Positions 1 to 9,254 of a stretch of 64,000 nt of DNA are shown here, piece by piece. Where the stretch lies: positions 96,640 through 160,639 of the forward strand of contig JAOADJ010000008.1 in assembly GCA_026417375.1 (NCBI GenBank), written 5' to 3'. The notes beneath the pieces were generated by a model. It did no database searches. It was not told where the DNA came from and was given only the letters and a program-made list of their open reading frames with translations. The position numbers and the translations under genes were made by a program. This DNA comes from Melioribacteraceae bacterium. Lineage in GTDB: Bacteria > Bacteroidota > Ignavibacteria > Ignavibacteriales > Melioribacteraceae. The first letter of the stretch is position 1. Each line of letters begins with the position of its first letter.

Positions 1-1
1 A

Positions 2-955
2 ATTAATCCCGAAAAAGATTTAGAATTAAGAAGACTTGGTGAAGTTGAATTAATTGGTTCTCCTCAGGCAATTTGGCTAGGTGTTCCACTAAAAGTTGAA
101 AATAAAACTATCGGTGTAATTGTTGTTCAGGATTATGAAAATGAAAAAGCATTTGGAGAAGAAGAAGTTCAAATTCTTACATTCGTTTCCGAACAAATTG
201 CACAAGCTATTGAAAGGAAAAGAAGAGCCGATGAAATTCAAAAAATTGCAGATGAATTAAGTTTATTAAATAGCACAAAAGATAAATTCTTTTCAATTAT
301 TGCTCACGATTTAAGAAATCCATTTATAACAATTTTGGGCTTTACAGATTTATTGCTTACTGATTATAAAGAACTGAACGAAAGCGAAGTTATGTTTTAT
401 TTAGAAGAGATGAAAAAATCAGCTGAAATTTCTCATAACTTACTTCAAAACTTGTTGCAATGGTCTCGTTCTCAAACCGGTAGAATAGAATTTCATCCTG
501 CAAAAATTAATTTAAAAAATTTAGTAAATGTAAATTTAGAATTATTGCAACCATCGGCAACAAATAAAGAAATTGAAATCAAATCTGAAGTTGAAGAAAG
601 TTTATATGTTTTCGCCGATGAAGATATGTTAAACACTATAATTAGAAATCTTATTACTAATGCAATAAAGTTTACTCCAATTGGGGGAAAAATAACTGTT
701 GCTTCAAAAGAGATTGGTAAATATGCTGAAATTTCTGTTACAGACACTGGAGTAGGCATGAGTGAATCGACAATATCAAATCTCTTTAAATTAGATTCCA
801 CACATTCAACCTTAGGTACAAATCAAGAAGCTGGAACAGGTTTGGGATTAATATTATGCAAAGAGTTTGTAGAGAAACATGGTGGAAAAATTTGGGTTGA
901 AAGCAAAATTAACGAGGGAAGTAAATTTATTTTCTATTTACCTCTTGCAGAATAA
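2..955 (+). CDS. GAF-domain sensor histidine kinase, 5'-truncated by the window edge
   Basis: Frame is open from base 2 (INPEKDLELRRLGEVELIGSPQAIWLGVPLKVENKTIGVIVVQDY, GAF-like), then H-box AHDLRNP, N-box NLITNAIKFT, G1 DTGVG, G2 GTGLGL. The ORF track start at 335 is internal. Confidence 0.9.
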   Translation: MNPEKDLELRRLGEVELIGSPQAIWLGVPLKVENKTIGVIVVQDYENEKAFGEEEVQILTFVSEQIAQAIERKRRADEIQKIADELSLLNSTKDKFFSIIAHDLRNPFITILGFTDLLLTDYKELNESEVMFYLEEMKKSAEISHNLLQNLLQWSRSQTGRIEFHPAKINLKNLVNVNLELLQPSATNKEIEIKSEVEESLYVFADEDMLNTIIRNLITNAIKFTPIGGKITVASKEIGKYAEISVTDTGVGMSESTISNLFKLDSTHSTLGTNQEAGTGLGLILCKEFVEKHGGKIWVESKINEGSKFIFYLPLAE

Positions 956-981
956 TTTTTTTAAAGTAGATTCACAATAAA

Positions 982-2658
982 TTAAACTTCGAACCAGAAT
1001 TTGAACATTGCAAATATTGTATCGTTAGTTTTATTTCTTGTAATATTTTTTTGATATAACGCTTTAAAAGTAAAATCCAAATAAAATTTGCGCCACAGTT
1101 CATATCTGAAATTTGCAGTAAAAATATTTTGATTTATTCTTTCACCATCTAAAAAATCTATGTACTTTGAATCAATATCATTTCTGAAAGGAACGAATGC
1201 GTCGCCACCGGAATTAAAAAGCAACCGCCCTCCGTTATCATAAATATTTTCACCCGAACGAATGTACTGATACTTTAAACTAATTCTTGTTTTTGAATTC
1301 AGATTGTAATCAACACGCCATAAAATTTCATCAGCATTTGGTCCAATTCTGTGTCCCAATATTTCACCAAAAGCTGTATAGCTATTTTTTCCATTTGAAT
1401 GAGAATAAACATACGGACGAATTTTTGTGTATTCAAAAACTAATGATAAATCACTGATTGAAAATGGTGAATACCAAAATGCTCCTATTTGATATGCAGT
1501 TTTATTTGAATATAAATTCATCTCCTGAAGATGAGATAAAATATTTTCATCTAAAAAAAATGTACCACTAATTTCAAAATTTTTAATAAAGTTTGTTTGA
1601 AAATCCAACCAAAGAGAACCATTGTCTCTATCTTGTAAAGACATTTCTACAAACTTGTAAAAAATCATCGGATTGAAATACGCTAAATCAATTCCTCTTC
1701 CTGAATAAATTATATTTTCTCCCAAACCAAATTCAATTAATTTGGGAATGTTAACTTTGAACCGATTTAATGCGATAAGTTTTGTGTAATTCAAATCTCT
1801 GTTATCATTATAATTTCCAACAGTTGAAGCAGTCATCGAAGTGAAATTAAAAATTCCATAATCGAAATTAATTTTAAAAAAATCTAAATAAGTATGATTA
1901 CCTGAAATTACAAGTTTGCTATCGTATCCATATCCAAAGGTTATTTTTTCTCTTCCTAATTGAAAAGAAAAGTTCATATTCTTTTTGGGTTGAATAAAAT
2001 ATCTAACATAACCTTCAGCAAAATCATAGTTTCCAATGTTTTCAATTGCTTCAATAAATTTAAAATTATATTTAAGCCGTGGTTCAAAAGTTGGAGCTAA
2101 AGCTTGTGAACCACTTACACCTCCTTTTTGAACTGACAAACTATAACCCAATCTATCAATCAATGTTCCCCGAAAACGAAAACCAATATCATATAATTCC
2201 GAATTATTTTTTATTGGTTCAAAACTTTGTCCATATAAAAATCTTCCTAAAACATTTAAATAAAAATTAGAAATTGAATCCCGATAAATAAAGGCATATT
2301 TATTTTTATCAGAAAAAAAATCCAGAACTGATTTTGAATAATCACCACCAAAGAAATTTACTGTATTGTTTTCATCGTAATTATCATCATCAAATTCAAT
2401 TAAAAATTTTTCGAGTAATTTTTTTTCTGTTAAACTCAATTCATTTTCATTTTTTTTAATTTCTTTTAAAAAATTAAGAACTTCAAATCTCGACATGTTT
2501 GGATTATCATCATGAATTCCATCAATTAAAAATTTTACTTTCATTTCTTTTAGGAACGAATAAACTTCATTATCAAGATTTACATTTTCCTGCTGAGCGA
2601 ACAAAAAATTTCCCGCTATAAATAAATATAACGGGAAAATTAATTTTAATATTTTCAT
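982..2658 (-). CDS. Outer-membrane beta-barrel protein, possibly capsule assembly Wzi-like
   Basis: Signal peptide MKILKLIFPLYLFIAGNFLFA (ATG at 2658), aromatic amphipathic strands, C-terminal FKFWFEV; LGHRIGPNAD segment resembles the Wzi-like family. Product is tentative. Confidence 0.6.
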   Translation of the reverse strand: MKILKLIFPLYLFIAGNFLFAQQENVNLDNEVYSFLKEMKVKFLIDGIHDDNPNMSRFEVLNFLKEIKKNENELSLTEKKLLEKFLIEFDDDNYDENNTVNFFGGDYSKSVLDFFSDKNKYAFIYRDSISNFYLNVLGRFLYGQSFEPIKNNSELYDIGFRFRGTLIDRLGYSLSVQKGGVSGSQALAPTFEPRLKYNFKFIEAIENIGNYDFAEGYVRYFIQPKKNMNFSFQLGREKITFGYGYDSKLVISGNHTYLDFFKINFDYGIFNFTSMTASTVGNYNDNRDLNYTKLIALNRFKVNIPKLIEFGLGENIIYSGRGIDLAYFNPMIFYKFVEMSLQDRDNGSLWLDFQTNFIKNFEISGTFFLDENILSHLQEMNLYSNKTAYQIGAFWYSPFSISDLSLVFEYTKIRPYVYSHSNGKNSYTAFGEILGHRIGPNADEILWRVDYNLNSKTRISLKYQYIRSGENIYDNGGRLLFNSGGDAFVPFRNDIDSKYIDFLDGERINQNIFTANFRYELWRKFYLDFTFKALYQKNITRNKTNDTIFAMFKFWFEV

Positions 2659-2662
2659 ATGT

Positions 2663-3964
2663 TTATGCATCAACATGTTTTGGTGCTAAGAATTTATTAA
2701 ATATCAACAAACCAACAATAGTTAAAACTCCAATTGAAGCAAAAGTTAACCAGAGCATTGTTGGATTATGAAGTTTATCAACAAAATGAACATATAAATT
2801 TGCCCCAAGAATTCCGCCAATTCCACTTCCTAATACACCATATAAAAATGAATAACCAAGGTATACTGCTTTTTTATCTTCAGGAGCAATTAATCCCACA
2901 TACGAAATAAACTTTGGATGAGCAGTCATTTCACCAACAGAAAAAATAAAAATGCCTGCAATGAAAACGAAAGGATGAGTTGAAATTGCTAAAATAGCAA
3001 CACCCAATGTTCCTAATGCAATACCTGTTATCATAGTTGGCAAAGCTTTTTTATTTTGAACTATTTTGGAAACAAAAATTTGTAACAAAATAATTGTGCC
3101 TGCATTTATAACAGTAACATGTTCTACATCAAATTTCCAGTTTGGATTACTGATAAAAATTGAAAGGAAAGAATTAACTGCATTGTTAATAGGTGTTTTA
3201 TCAACATAATCTTTGAAATACCAAAGAACAGAATCAAATTGTTGAAAATATAAAATCCAGAAACCTGAATAAATTACAATCATTAAAATAAATCTGAAAT
3301 CTTTTAACACTAACACAGCTTCTTTCAAAACAACAGGAAGTGATTTCGTGCTTTCAGGTTTTTTAGGTTCTTTATAAGTAAAAATATTTAATAATAATAG
3401 CCAACCCGTTCCAATTGCAGCCATAATAAAAACATAAGAATAAGAATATTGTTTTAACATAGGAACAAGTATTAATGGAAATAAAAATGCACCTAAATTT
3501 ATAGTCCAATAAAAAATTCCGAATGCCAAAGTTGAATTCGATTTATCGGTTACACGAGCAATAGTACCAGAAATAATTGGTTTAAAAGTTCCTGCACCAA
3601 TTACCATTAAAATTAAACTTGCAAAAACCATTGCATATGAAGTCATAAAACTGGTAAGAAGATACCCCGCACTCATAACAGCAAAAGCAAACATTAAAGT
3701 ATATCGATAACCAAACCTATCGGCAATAGCACCAGCAACAATTGGCAATAAATAAAGCAACGGTTGAAATGTGCTTGTAATTACACCAACACTTTCTTTT
3801 GAAAAACCTAATCCACCTTCAGATACACTCAAAACCAAATAAACAGAAAGTATAGAACGTACACCATAATAAGAACCACGTTCAAAAAATTCCATTATAA
3901 TAACAGTCCAAAAATTTTTTGGATAAGAAAGAATTGTTTCCCAAGTTGATTTTTTTTGTTCCAT
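2663..3964 (-). CDS. MFS transporter, peptide (POT/PTR)-like
   Basis: About 12 TM segments; N-terminal EFFERGSYYG motif; GAIADRFGYR MFS loop motif; GAGTFKP. Confidence 0.85.
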   Translation of the reverse strand: MEQKKSTWETILSYPKNFWTVIIMEFFERGSYYGVRSILSVYLVLSVSEGGLGFSKESVGVITSTFQPLLYLLPIVAGAIADRFGYRYTLMFAFAVMSAGYLLTSFMTSYAMVFASLILMVIGAGTFKPIISGTIARVTDKSNSTLAFGIFYWTINLGAFLFPLILVPMLKQYSYSYVFIMAAIGTGWLLLLNIFTYKEPKKPESTKSLPVVLKEAVLVLKDFRFILMIVIYSGFWILYFQQFDSVLWYFKDYVDKTPINNAVNSFLSIFISNPNWKFDVEHVTVINAGTIILLQIFVSKIVQNKKALPTMITGIALGTLGVAILAISTHPFVFIAGIFIFSVGEMTAHPKFISYVGLIAPEDKKAVYLGYSFLYGVLGSGIGGILGANLYVHFVDKLHNPTMLWLTFASIGVLTIVGLLIFNKFLAPKHVDA

Positions 3965-3970
3965 AAGTAC

Positions 3971-4072
3971 CTATTTTTTTTTGTTTGTTAGAATTTTATA
4001 GAAGCTTATAAAAGTTAAAGCTGCAATAGCACCTATTGCAATAATCATAAAAATAATTCCGCCGGTTGTCAT
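3971..4072 (-). CDS. 33-aa single-pass membrane protein, absent from the ORF track
   Basis: Hand translation MTTGGIIFMIIAIGAIAALTFISFYKILTNKKK*; SD-like AAGGTG upstream; hydrophobic helix with basic tail; stop lies 6 nt before the MFS start codon. Confidence 0.75.
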   Translation of the reverse strand: MTTGGIIFMIIAIGAIAALTFISFYKILTNKKK

Positions 4073-4100
4073 CTTTCACCTTTATGTTTTTAATTAAATA

Positions 4101-4745
4101 TTAATGAGTTTCGCACGAACAAAGCTTATCACTTTTTGCTTTATCAAATGATTCTTTTCCTTCTTTGAAAGAAAAATATGCAATTCCAAGTGAACCGATT
4201 GAATCAATATAACCCAACCCGGTTAAAGCATAACCAACGCTTGCAATCAAAAGAATATATGATAAATAAAGACAAGTTTTTGTACAGTTTGCATCAGCTA
4301 TAATTGCTTCGGATTTTAAAGCATTTCCAACTTTCTTTTTATAATAAATTAATAATGTCATTGTAACTATTGATATAACAGAAATAACAATTCCCCAAAA
4401 AGTTGTTTCGGGTTTATGATTAATCCAGATATTATAAATAGAAGTTACAATCAAGCCAACAGTCAAAATGTAAAAAGAAGTACCAGTAATTCTTAATGCT
4501 TTCCTTTCAAATTCATCTCTTGTTTCATTTCCATTTTTTCTTATTTTCAAAATCATATGATAAATACCAATTCCAGAAATTACTTCAACGAATGAATCAA
4601 CCCCAAAACCAAACAATGAAAGAATTTCATCTTCAAGACCAAAAAATATTGAAATAACTCCTTCAAGTATGTTGTAAAAAATTGTTATTATAGAAAGAGC
4701 AAGTGCAAATTTCAGATAATAATTTCTATCATAATTTTTTTTCAT
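4101..4745 (-). CDS. Cation efflux (CDF-like) membrane protein lacking the C-terminal cytoplasmic domain
   Basis: TM helices with NILEG, FGVDSFVE and ADANCT motifs; C-terminal CSCETH; probable start ATG at 4745 (track start 4769). Confidence 0.7.
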   Translation of the reverse strand: MKKNYDRNYYLKFALALSIITIFYNILEGVISIFFGLEDEILSLFGFGVDSFVEVISGIGIYHMILKIRKNGNETRDEFERKALRITGTSFYILTVGLIVTSIYNIWINHKPETTFWGIVISVISIVTMTLLIYYKKKVGNALKSEAIIADANCTKTCLYLSYILLIASVGYALTGLGYIDSIGSLGIAYFSFKEGKESFDKAKSDKLCSCETH

Positions 4746-4755
4746 TCTGTTCCTT

Positions 4756-5169
4756 TCAAGATGCTTCAAAATTTGGCGTCATAAAAAAAGATGAAAAAGT
4801 TGTAAACAAATAGATAATAAAAGCGAAATAAATTATCATAAATATTAAACCAATAATGATTAATATTTTTATAATTCTAAAATACTTCCCCTGAATTTCG
4901 AAACCTAATTTTAAGGAAGCCGGATTATTGGTTAATCTATACATATAAAATTGTTCTGCGGATTCTCTGATTCTCATTCCAATTATAATTGTTGGAATAC
5001 CAATTAATGCTCCTACTATTGTTAAACATGTTATAACACCATAAACAATTGTAAACATTCCAACAAATTTCATGTCGTTAGTCATTTTATCGAACATTAA
5101 TTGAAACTGCGTTGGAGGTTTATATTGATTAGGTTGCTCCTCAATTTTTATTTCATTTAATTCATCCAT
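4756..5169 (-). CDS. DUF5362-like membrane protein
   Basis: MKFVGMFTIVYGVITCLTIVGALIGIP hairpin plus C-terminal TM helix. Confidence 0.65.
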   Translation of the reverse strand: MDELNEIKIEEQPNQYKPPTQFQLMFDKMTNDMKFVGMFTIVYGVITCLTIVGALIGIPTIIIGMRIRESAEQFYMYRLTNNPASLKLGFEIQGKYFRIIKILIIIGLIFMIIYFAFIIYLFTTFSSFFMTPNFEAS

Positions 5170-5293
5170 TTTTACTCCTAATATTTAAAGAATTATTAAA
5201 AGAAAATATCTAAATTACTTTTGAATAAAAAATTTTATCCGCCAAAAAATAAATTATTTTAAACCTTATTAGAAATAAAAAATTGAGGTCAAT

Positions 5294-6274
5294 ATGGAAT
5301 ATACATTTTTAGGAAGAACCGGTTTAAAGGTAAGTAAACTATGTCTTGGAACAATGAACTTTGGTCCTTACACAACCGAAGAAGATAGTTTCAGGATTAT
5401 GAATAGAGCCATTGAACTAGGTATCAATTTTTTTGATACTGCAAATGTTTATGGCGCTATGCTCGATCCAACAAAAGTTGGAGAAACAGAAAAAATAATT
5501 GGAAGATGGTTGAGCGAAGATAAATCAAGAAGAGATAAAATTGTACTTGCTACAAAAGTTTATGGCAAAATGGGGGATGGAGTTAACGATTCAAAACTTT
5601 CTGCTTATCATATTAAAAAAGCTTGTGAAGATAGCTTAAAAAGATTACAAACAGATCATATAGATCTTTATCAAATGCATCATATTGATAGAAATACTCC
5701 CTGGGATGAAATTTTTCAGGCAATGGATCAATTAATAACAGAAGGTAAAATAATTTATGTTGGTAGTAGTAACTTTGCTGCGTGGCATTTAACCGAAGCA
5801 TTTTACAAAGCAAAGGAAAGACATTCTCTTGGAATTGTTTCTGAACAAAGTATTTATAGTTTAAGAAACCGTGCAATTGAATTAGAAGTAATTCCTGCTT
5901 GTAAATCATTAGGAATCGGTTTGATTCCATGGAGTCCACTTGGTGGAGGAATTCTATGTGGAGTTCTTGAAAATATTAATGAGGGAAGAAGAGTAAGAGA
6001 ACCGCTACGTAAATCAATCGAAAAATTAAAACCACAAATTGTTGAATATGAAAATCTTTGCAAAGAAATAAATATAAAACCAGCAGATGTTGCTTTAGCT
6101 TGGGTTCTAAATAATCCCGTTGTTACTTCACCAATTATTGGTCCCCGAACAGTTGAACAACTTGAAGAAAATGTAAAAGCTCTAGAAATAAAATTAAGCG
6201 ACGACGTTTTAAATAAACTTGATGAAATTTGGCCAGGACCTGGTGGTCAGGCACCAGAAGCTTATGCCTGGTGA
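5294..6274 (+). CDS. Aldo/keto reductase
   Basis: LGRTGLKVSKLCLGTM, FFDTANVY, LATKV, SLKRLQTDHIDLYQMH, IPWSPLGGG motifs. Confidence 0.95.
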   Translation: MEYTFLGRTGLKVSKLCLGTMNFGPYTTEEDSFRIMNRAIELGINFFDTANVYGAMLDPTKVGETEKIIGRWLSEDKSRRDKIVLATKVYGKMGDGVNDSKLSAYHIKKACEDSLKRLQTDHIDLYQMHHIDRNTPWDEIFQAMDQLITEGKIIYVGSSNFAAWHLTEAFYKAKERHSLGIVSEQSIYSLRNRAIELEVIPACKSLGIGLIPWSPLGGGILCGVLENINEGRRVREPLRKSIEKLKPQIVEYENLCKEINIKPADVALAWVLNNPVVTSPIIGPRTVEQLEENVKALEIKLSDDVLNKLDEIWPGPGGQAPEAYAW

Positions 6275-6312
6275 AACTTCCGTAACCTCGAGTTTAATGG
6301 ACAAATTAAAAA

Positions 6313-6558
6313 ATAAATTTGTTTTTTATATAGTCATGGTTCGGCATGCTCACCATGACAACAATAATTGTCATCTCGAGCCTGTCGAGAGATGACCGAA
6401 ACATTTTTTTGTAATCTTGCATTTGAAAAACTCGATATGCACGATAAGTAATTCTGAATGAAATCGAGGAATTACAAGATAAATTTGTTTTTATATCGTC
6501 ATGGTTCGGCATGCTCACCATGACAACAAATGTCATCTCGAGCTTGTCGAGAGATGAC
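6313..6558. repeat. Two tandem ~80-bp units, each a doublet of oppositely oriented 27-bp REP-like palindromes
   Basis: Units at 6313-6396 and 6479-6558. Palindrome A GTCATGGT-TCGGCATGCTC-ACCATGAC at 6333-6359 and 6498-6524; palindrome B GTCATCTC-GAGC(C/T)TGTCGA-GAGATGAC at 6370-6396 and 6532-6558. Confidence 0.9.
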
Positions 6559-6575
6559 AAAGAAAAAAATATTGT

Positions 6576-6866
6576 ATGAAAAATTATTTTTTATACATAT
6601 TAAAATGTAGTGATGAAAGTTATTATACTGGAATAACGAATAATCTTGAAAAAAGAATCGTAGAACATAATAGAGGAATCTATAAAGGATATACATCATC
6701 AAGATTACCTGTTAAACTTGTATACTCAAGAGCGTTCAACGATATCAATGAAGCAATAAGAAGTGAAAAACAAATAAAAAATTGGAGTAGAGCAAAAAAA
6801 GAAGCATTGATTAAAGGAGATTTTGAATTACTTAAAACGCTGTCTAAAAAGAAAAAGGTTGAGTAA
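6576..6866 (+). CDS. Small GIY-YIG nuclease (UPF0213/YhbQ-like)
   Basis: YFLYILKCSDESYYTGITNNLEKRIVEHN, LVYSRAF, A..SEKQIKNWSRAKKEALI. Confidence 0.92.
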   Translation: MKNYFLYILKCSDESYYTGITNNLEKRIVEHNRGIYKGYTSSRLPVKLVYSRAFNDINEAIRSEKQIKNWSRAKKEALIKGDFELLKTLSKKKKVE

Positions 6867-6888
6867 TTGAAGTTAGTTTTCTTTAATG

Positions 6889-6926
6889 TGACAACAACTG
6901 TCATCTCGAGCTTGTCGAGAGATGAC
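6889..6926. repeat. Third REP-like palindrome B copy with a remnant of palindrome A
   Basis: TGACAACAA (end of A plus linker) at 6889-6897, then GTCATCTCGAGCTTGTCGAGAGATGAC at 6900-6926, identical to the copy at 6532-6558. Confidence 0.9.
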
Positions 6927-6958
6927 CTAAAAATTTAAATTATAAATTGGAGTGTCAA

Positions 6959-9163
6959 ATGAAAAATCTAAAATTAGTTTCATTAATTATTTTATCATTT
7001 GTTTTATTGTTTGCAAATGATATTTCCGCTCAAAAGAAAAAATTAACTTATAAACAAGTATATGAAAGTGGACTTAACATGCGGGCAATGATGTCAATGT
7101 TTAATCGCTCGCAAGGTTGGTTAGATGAAAACTATTATCTCGAATCTAAAACTGATCCTTCAAGACCAAATGTTCGTGGATTAATTTATAAAACAAATGC
7201 TGAAACGGGGCAATCAGAACTTTATTTCGATCCATCTACAATTCAACTGCCTGATGGTTTTTCAGCTGATAGAGCAATTCAAAAATCTAAAGACAATAAT
7301 TATTTTTTATTCAAACAAAAAAATGATCTATTCTATTTTGATAAAAACGAAAACAAATTTTTACAATTAACTAAAGATGATGCTGAAGAAAAAGTACCGC
7401 AACTTTCTCCAGATGGTAAAAAAGTTGCCTATGTAAAAAACAACAATCTTTTTGTTTTTAATGTTGATGATGAAAAAGAAATTCAAATTACTAATGATGG
7501 AACAGATTTAATTTATAATGGCTGGGCAAGTTGGGTTTATATGGAAGAAATTCTCGGACGATCAACAGCATATTCTGCTTTTTGGTGGTCTCCCAATAGT
7601 CAAATGATTTGTTTTTTGAGATTCGATGATTCTCCCGTTCCGGATTTTCCGATTTATATTGCAGATGGTCAGCATGGAACACTTGAACATCAACGTTATC
7701 CAAAAGCTGGCGATCCAAATCCTTTCGTAAAATTTGGTATAGCTGATATTAAAACCGGAAAAATTGTCTGGGCAGATTTTGATGAAAAAGCCGATCATTA
7801 CATTGCCTGGCCTACCTGGACAAAAGATAATAAACTTACTGTTCAATGGATGAACAGAACTCAGGATAATATAATCATTTATAATATTGATTTAGTAACA
7901 GGAAAAAAATCTCAACTTTATTCTGAAACACAAAAAACATGGGTAGAGTGGTTTGAAGATTTATATTTCTTTGAAAATAAATCTGGTTTTCTTTTAAGAT
8001 CTAATGTTGATGGTTTTGCTCATCTTTATTATTATGACATGAATGGAAAACTTATTAAAAGATTAACGCAGGGAGATTGGGAAGTTACATCAATAAATTA
8101 TGTGGATGAACAAAATAAAAAAGTTTATTTCACTGCCTGGAAGGATAAAAGCACTGAAAGACATTTATTTGTTGTTGGTTTAGATGGAAAAGGTCTTAAA
8201 CAATTAACTTCTATCGAAGGAACTCATACATGTTCTGTTTCACCCAAAGGAAAATATTTTATTGATACTTACAGCAATATTACTACACCTACTAAAAGTG
8301 ATTTATATAAAACCGATGGAAAACTTTTAAGAAATATTTCTGACACAAAAATTTCTCAGTTAGATGAATATCAACTTGCTAAATATGAATTGTTTTATAT
8401 TCCAACTTCAGATGGATTAAACTTACCAGCAACATGGTATTTGCCGAGTGATTTTGATCCTAATAAAAAATATCCGGTTATAGTTTCAATTTATGGAGGA
8501 CCAAATTCCGGTACAGTTAGAAACTCTTATCCATTTGGTTTAAGTGGACATTACTTGGCACAAAATGGAATTATTACTCTTGCAGTTGATCATCGGGGTT
8601 CAGGTCATTTTGGTAAAAAAGGTGTTGACTTAATGCATCGCAATCTTGGTAAATGGGAAATGAATGATTACATAGAAGCTGTAAAATGGCTTAAGAAAAA
8701 ATCTTTTGTTGATTCAACAAAAATTGGAATTACAGGTGGAAGTTATGGTGGTTATGTAACAGCACTTGCTCTAACAAAAGGCTCAGATTATTTCACTCAC
8801 GGCATTGCAGAATTTGGTGTTATGGATTGGCATTTATATGATAATGTTTATACAGAAAGATATATGGATACACCAAAAGAAAATCCCGAAGGGTATAAAG
8901 CTGGTTCGGTTTTAACTTATGTTGATAAATACAAAGGTAAAATGTTAATTACTCATGGTACAATTGACGATAATGTTCATATGCAAAATTCAATTCAATT
9001 AATTTATGAATTACAAAAATTGAATAAAGATTTTGAAATGATGCTATATCCAAATCAACGACATGGAATAGGAATGCCGCAAGCTCAACATGCAAACCGG
9101 GAAAGAGTAAAATTCTGGTTTAAATATTTTTTAAACAAAGATTTGGACGTAAATAAAGATTAA
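6959..9163 (+). CDS. S9B family dipeptidyl peptidase IV
   Basis: Signal peptide; DPP IV beta-propeller (GWASWVYMEE, YPKAG); catalytic GGSYGG, HGTIDDNVH, HGI. ATG at 6959 after GGAG. Confidence 0.93.
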   Translation: MKNLKLVSLIILSFVLLFANDISAQKKKLTYKQVYESGLNMRAMMSMFNRSQGWLDENYYLESKTDPSRPNVRGLIYKTNAETGQSELYFDPSTIQLPDGFSADRAIQKSKDNNYFLFKQKNDLFYFDKNENKFLQLTKDDAEEKVPQLSPDGKKVAYVKNNNLFVFNVDDEKEIQITNDGTDLIYNGWASWVYMEEILGRSTAYSAFWWSPNSQMICFLRFDDSPVPDFPIYIADGQHGTLEHQRYPKAGDPNPFVKFGIADIKTGKIVWADFDEKADHYIAWPTWTKDNKLTVQWMNRTQDNIIIYNIDLVTGKKSQLYSETQKTWVEWFEDLYFFENKSGFLLRSNVDGFAHLYYYDMNGKLIKRLTQGDWEVTSINYVDEQNKKVYFTAWKDKSTERHLFVVGLDGKGLKQLTSIEGTHTCSVSPKGKYFIDTYSNITTPTKSDLYKTDGKLLRNISDTKISQLDEYQLAKYELFYIPTSDGLNLPATWYLPSDFDPNKKYPVIVSIYGGPNSGTVRNSYPFGLSGHYLAQNGIITLAVDHRGSGHFGKKGVDLMHRNLGKWEMNDYIEAVKWLKKKSFVDSTKIGITGGSYGGYVTALALTKGSDYFTHGIAEFGVMDWHLYDNVYTERYMDTPKENPEGYKAGSVLTYVDKYKGKMLITHGTIDDNVHMQNSIQLIYELQKLNKDFEMMLYPNQRHGIGMPQAQHANRERVKFWFKYFLNKDLDVNKD

Positions 9164-9176
9164 CAAATAATTAAAT

Positions 9177-9225
9177 TTTTACTCTTGATCTTTAGTTATC
9201 ATAAATTTCAAGATCAAGAGTAAAA
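9177..9225 (+). terminator. Hairpin after DPP IV, terminator or mRNA-stabilising stem
   Basis: Perfect 16-bp inverted repeat TTTTACTCTTGATCTT (9177-9192) / AAGATCAAGAGTAAAA (9210-9225), 17-nt loop; no clean U-tract. Confidence 0.55.
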
Positions 9226-9254
9226 TAATTTTATAATAATAGGTAAGAGAAAAA

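Noticed and set aside
6313-6558. Repeat-spacer-repeat resembling a mini CRISPR array
   Set aside because: Repeats are about 80 bp composite palindromes, there is only one spacer, and no cas genes are present.
6306-6904. Minus-strand ORFs 6306-6560, 6499-6702 and 6680-6904 with repeated peptides (SSLDKLEMT, VMVSMPNHD)
   Set aside because: They are translations of the REP palindromes and the antisense of the GIY-YIG gene.
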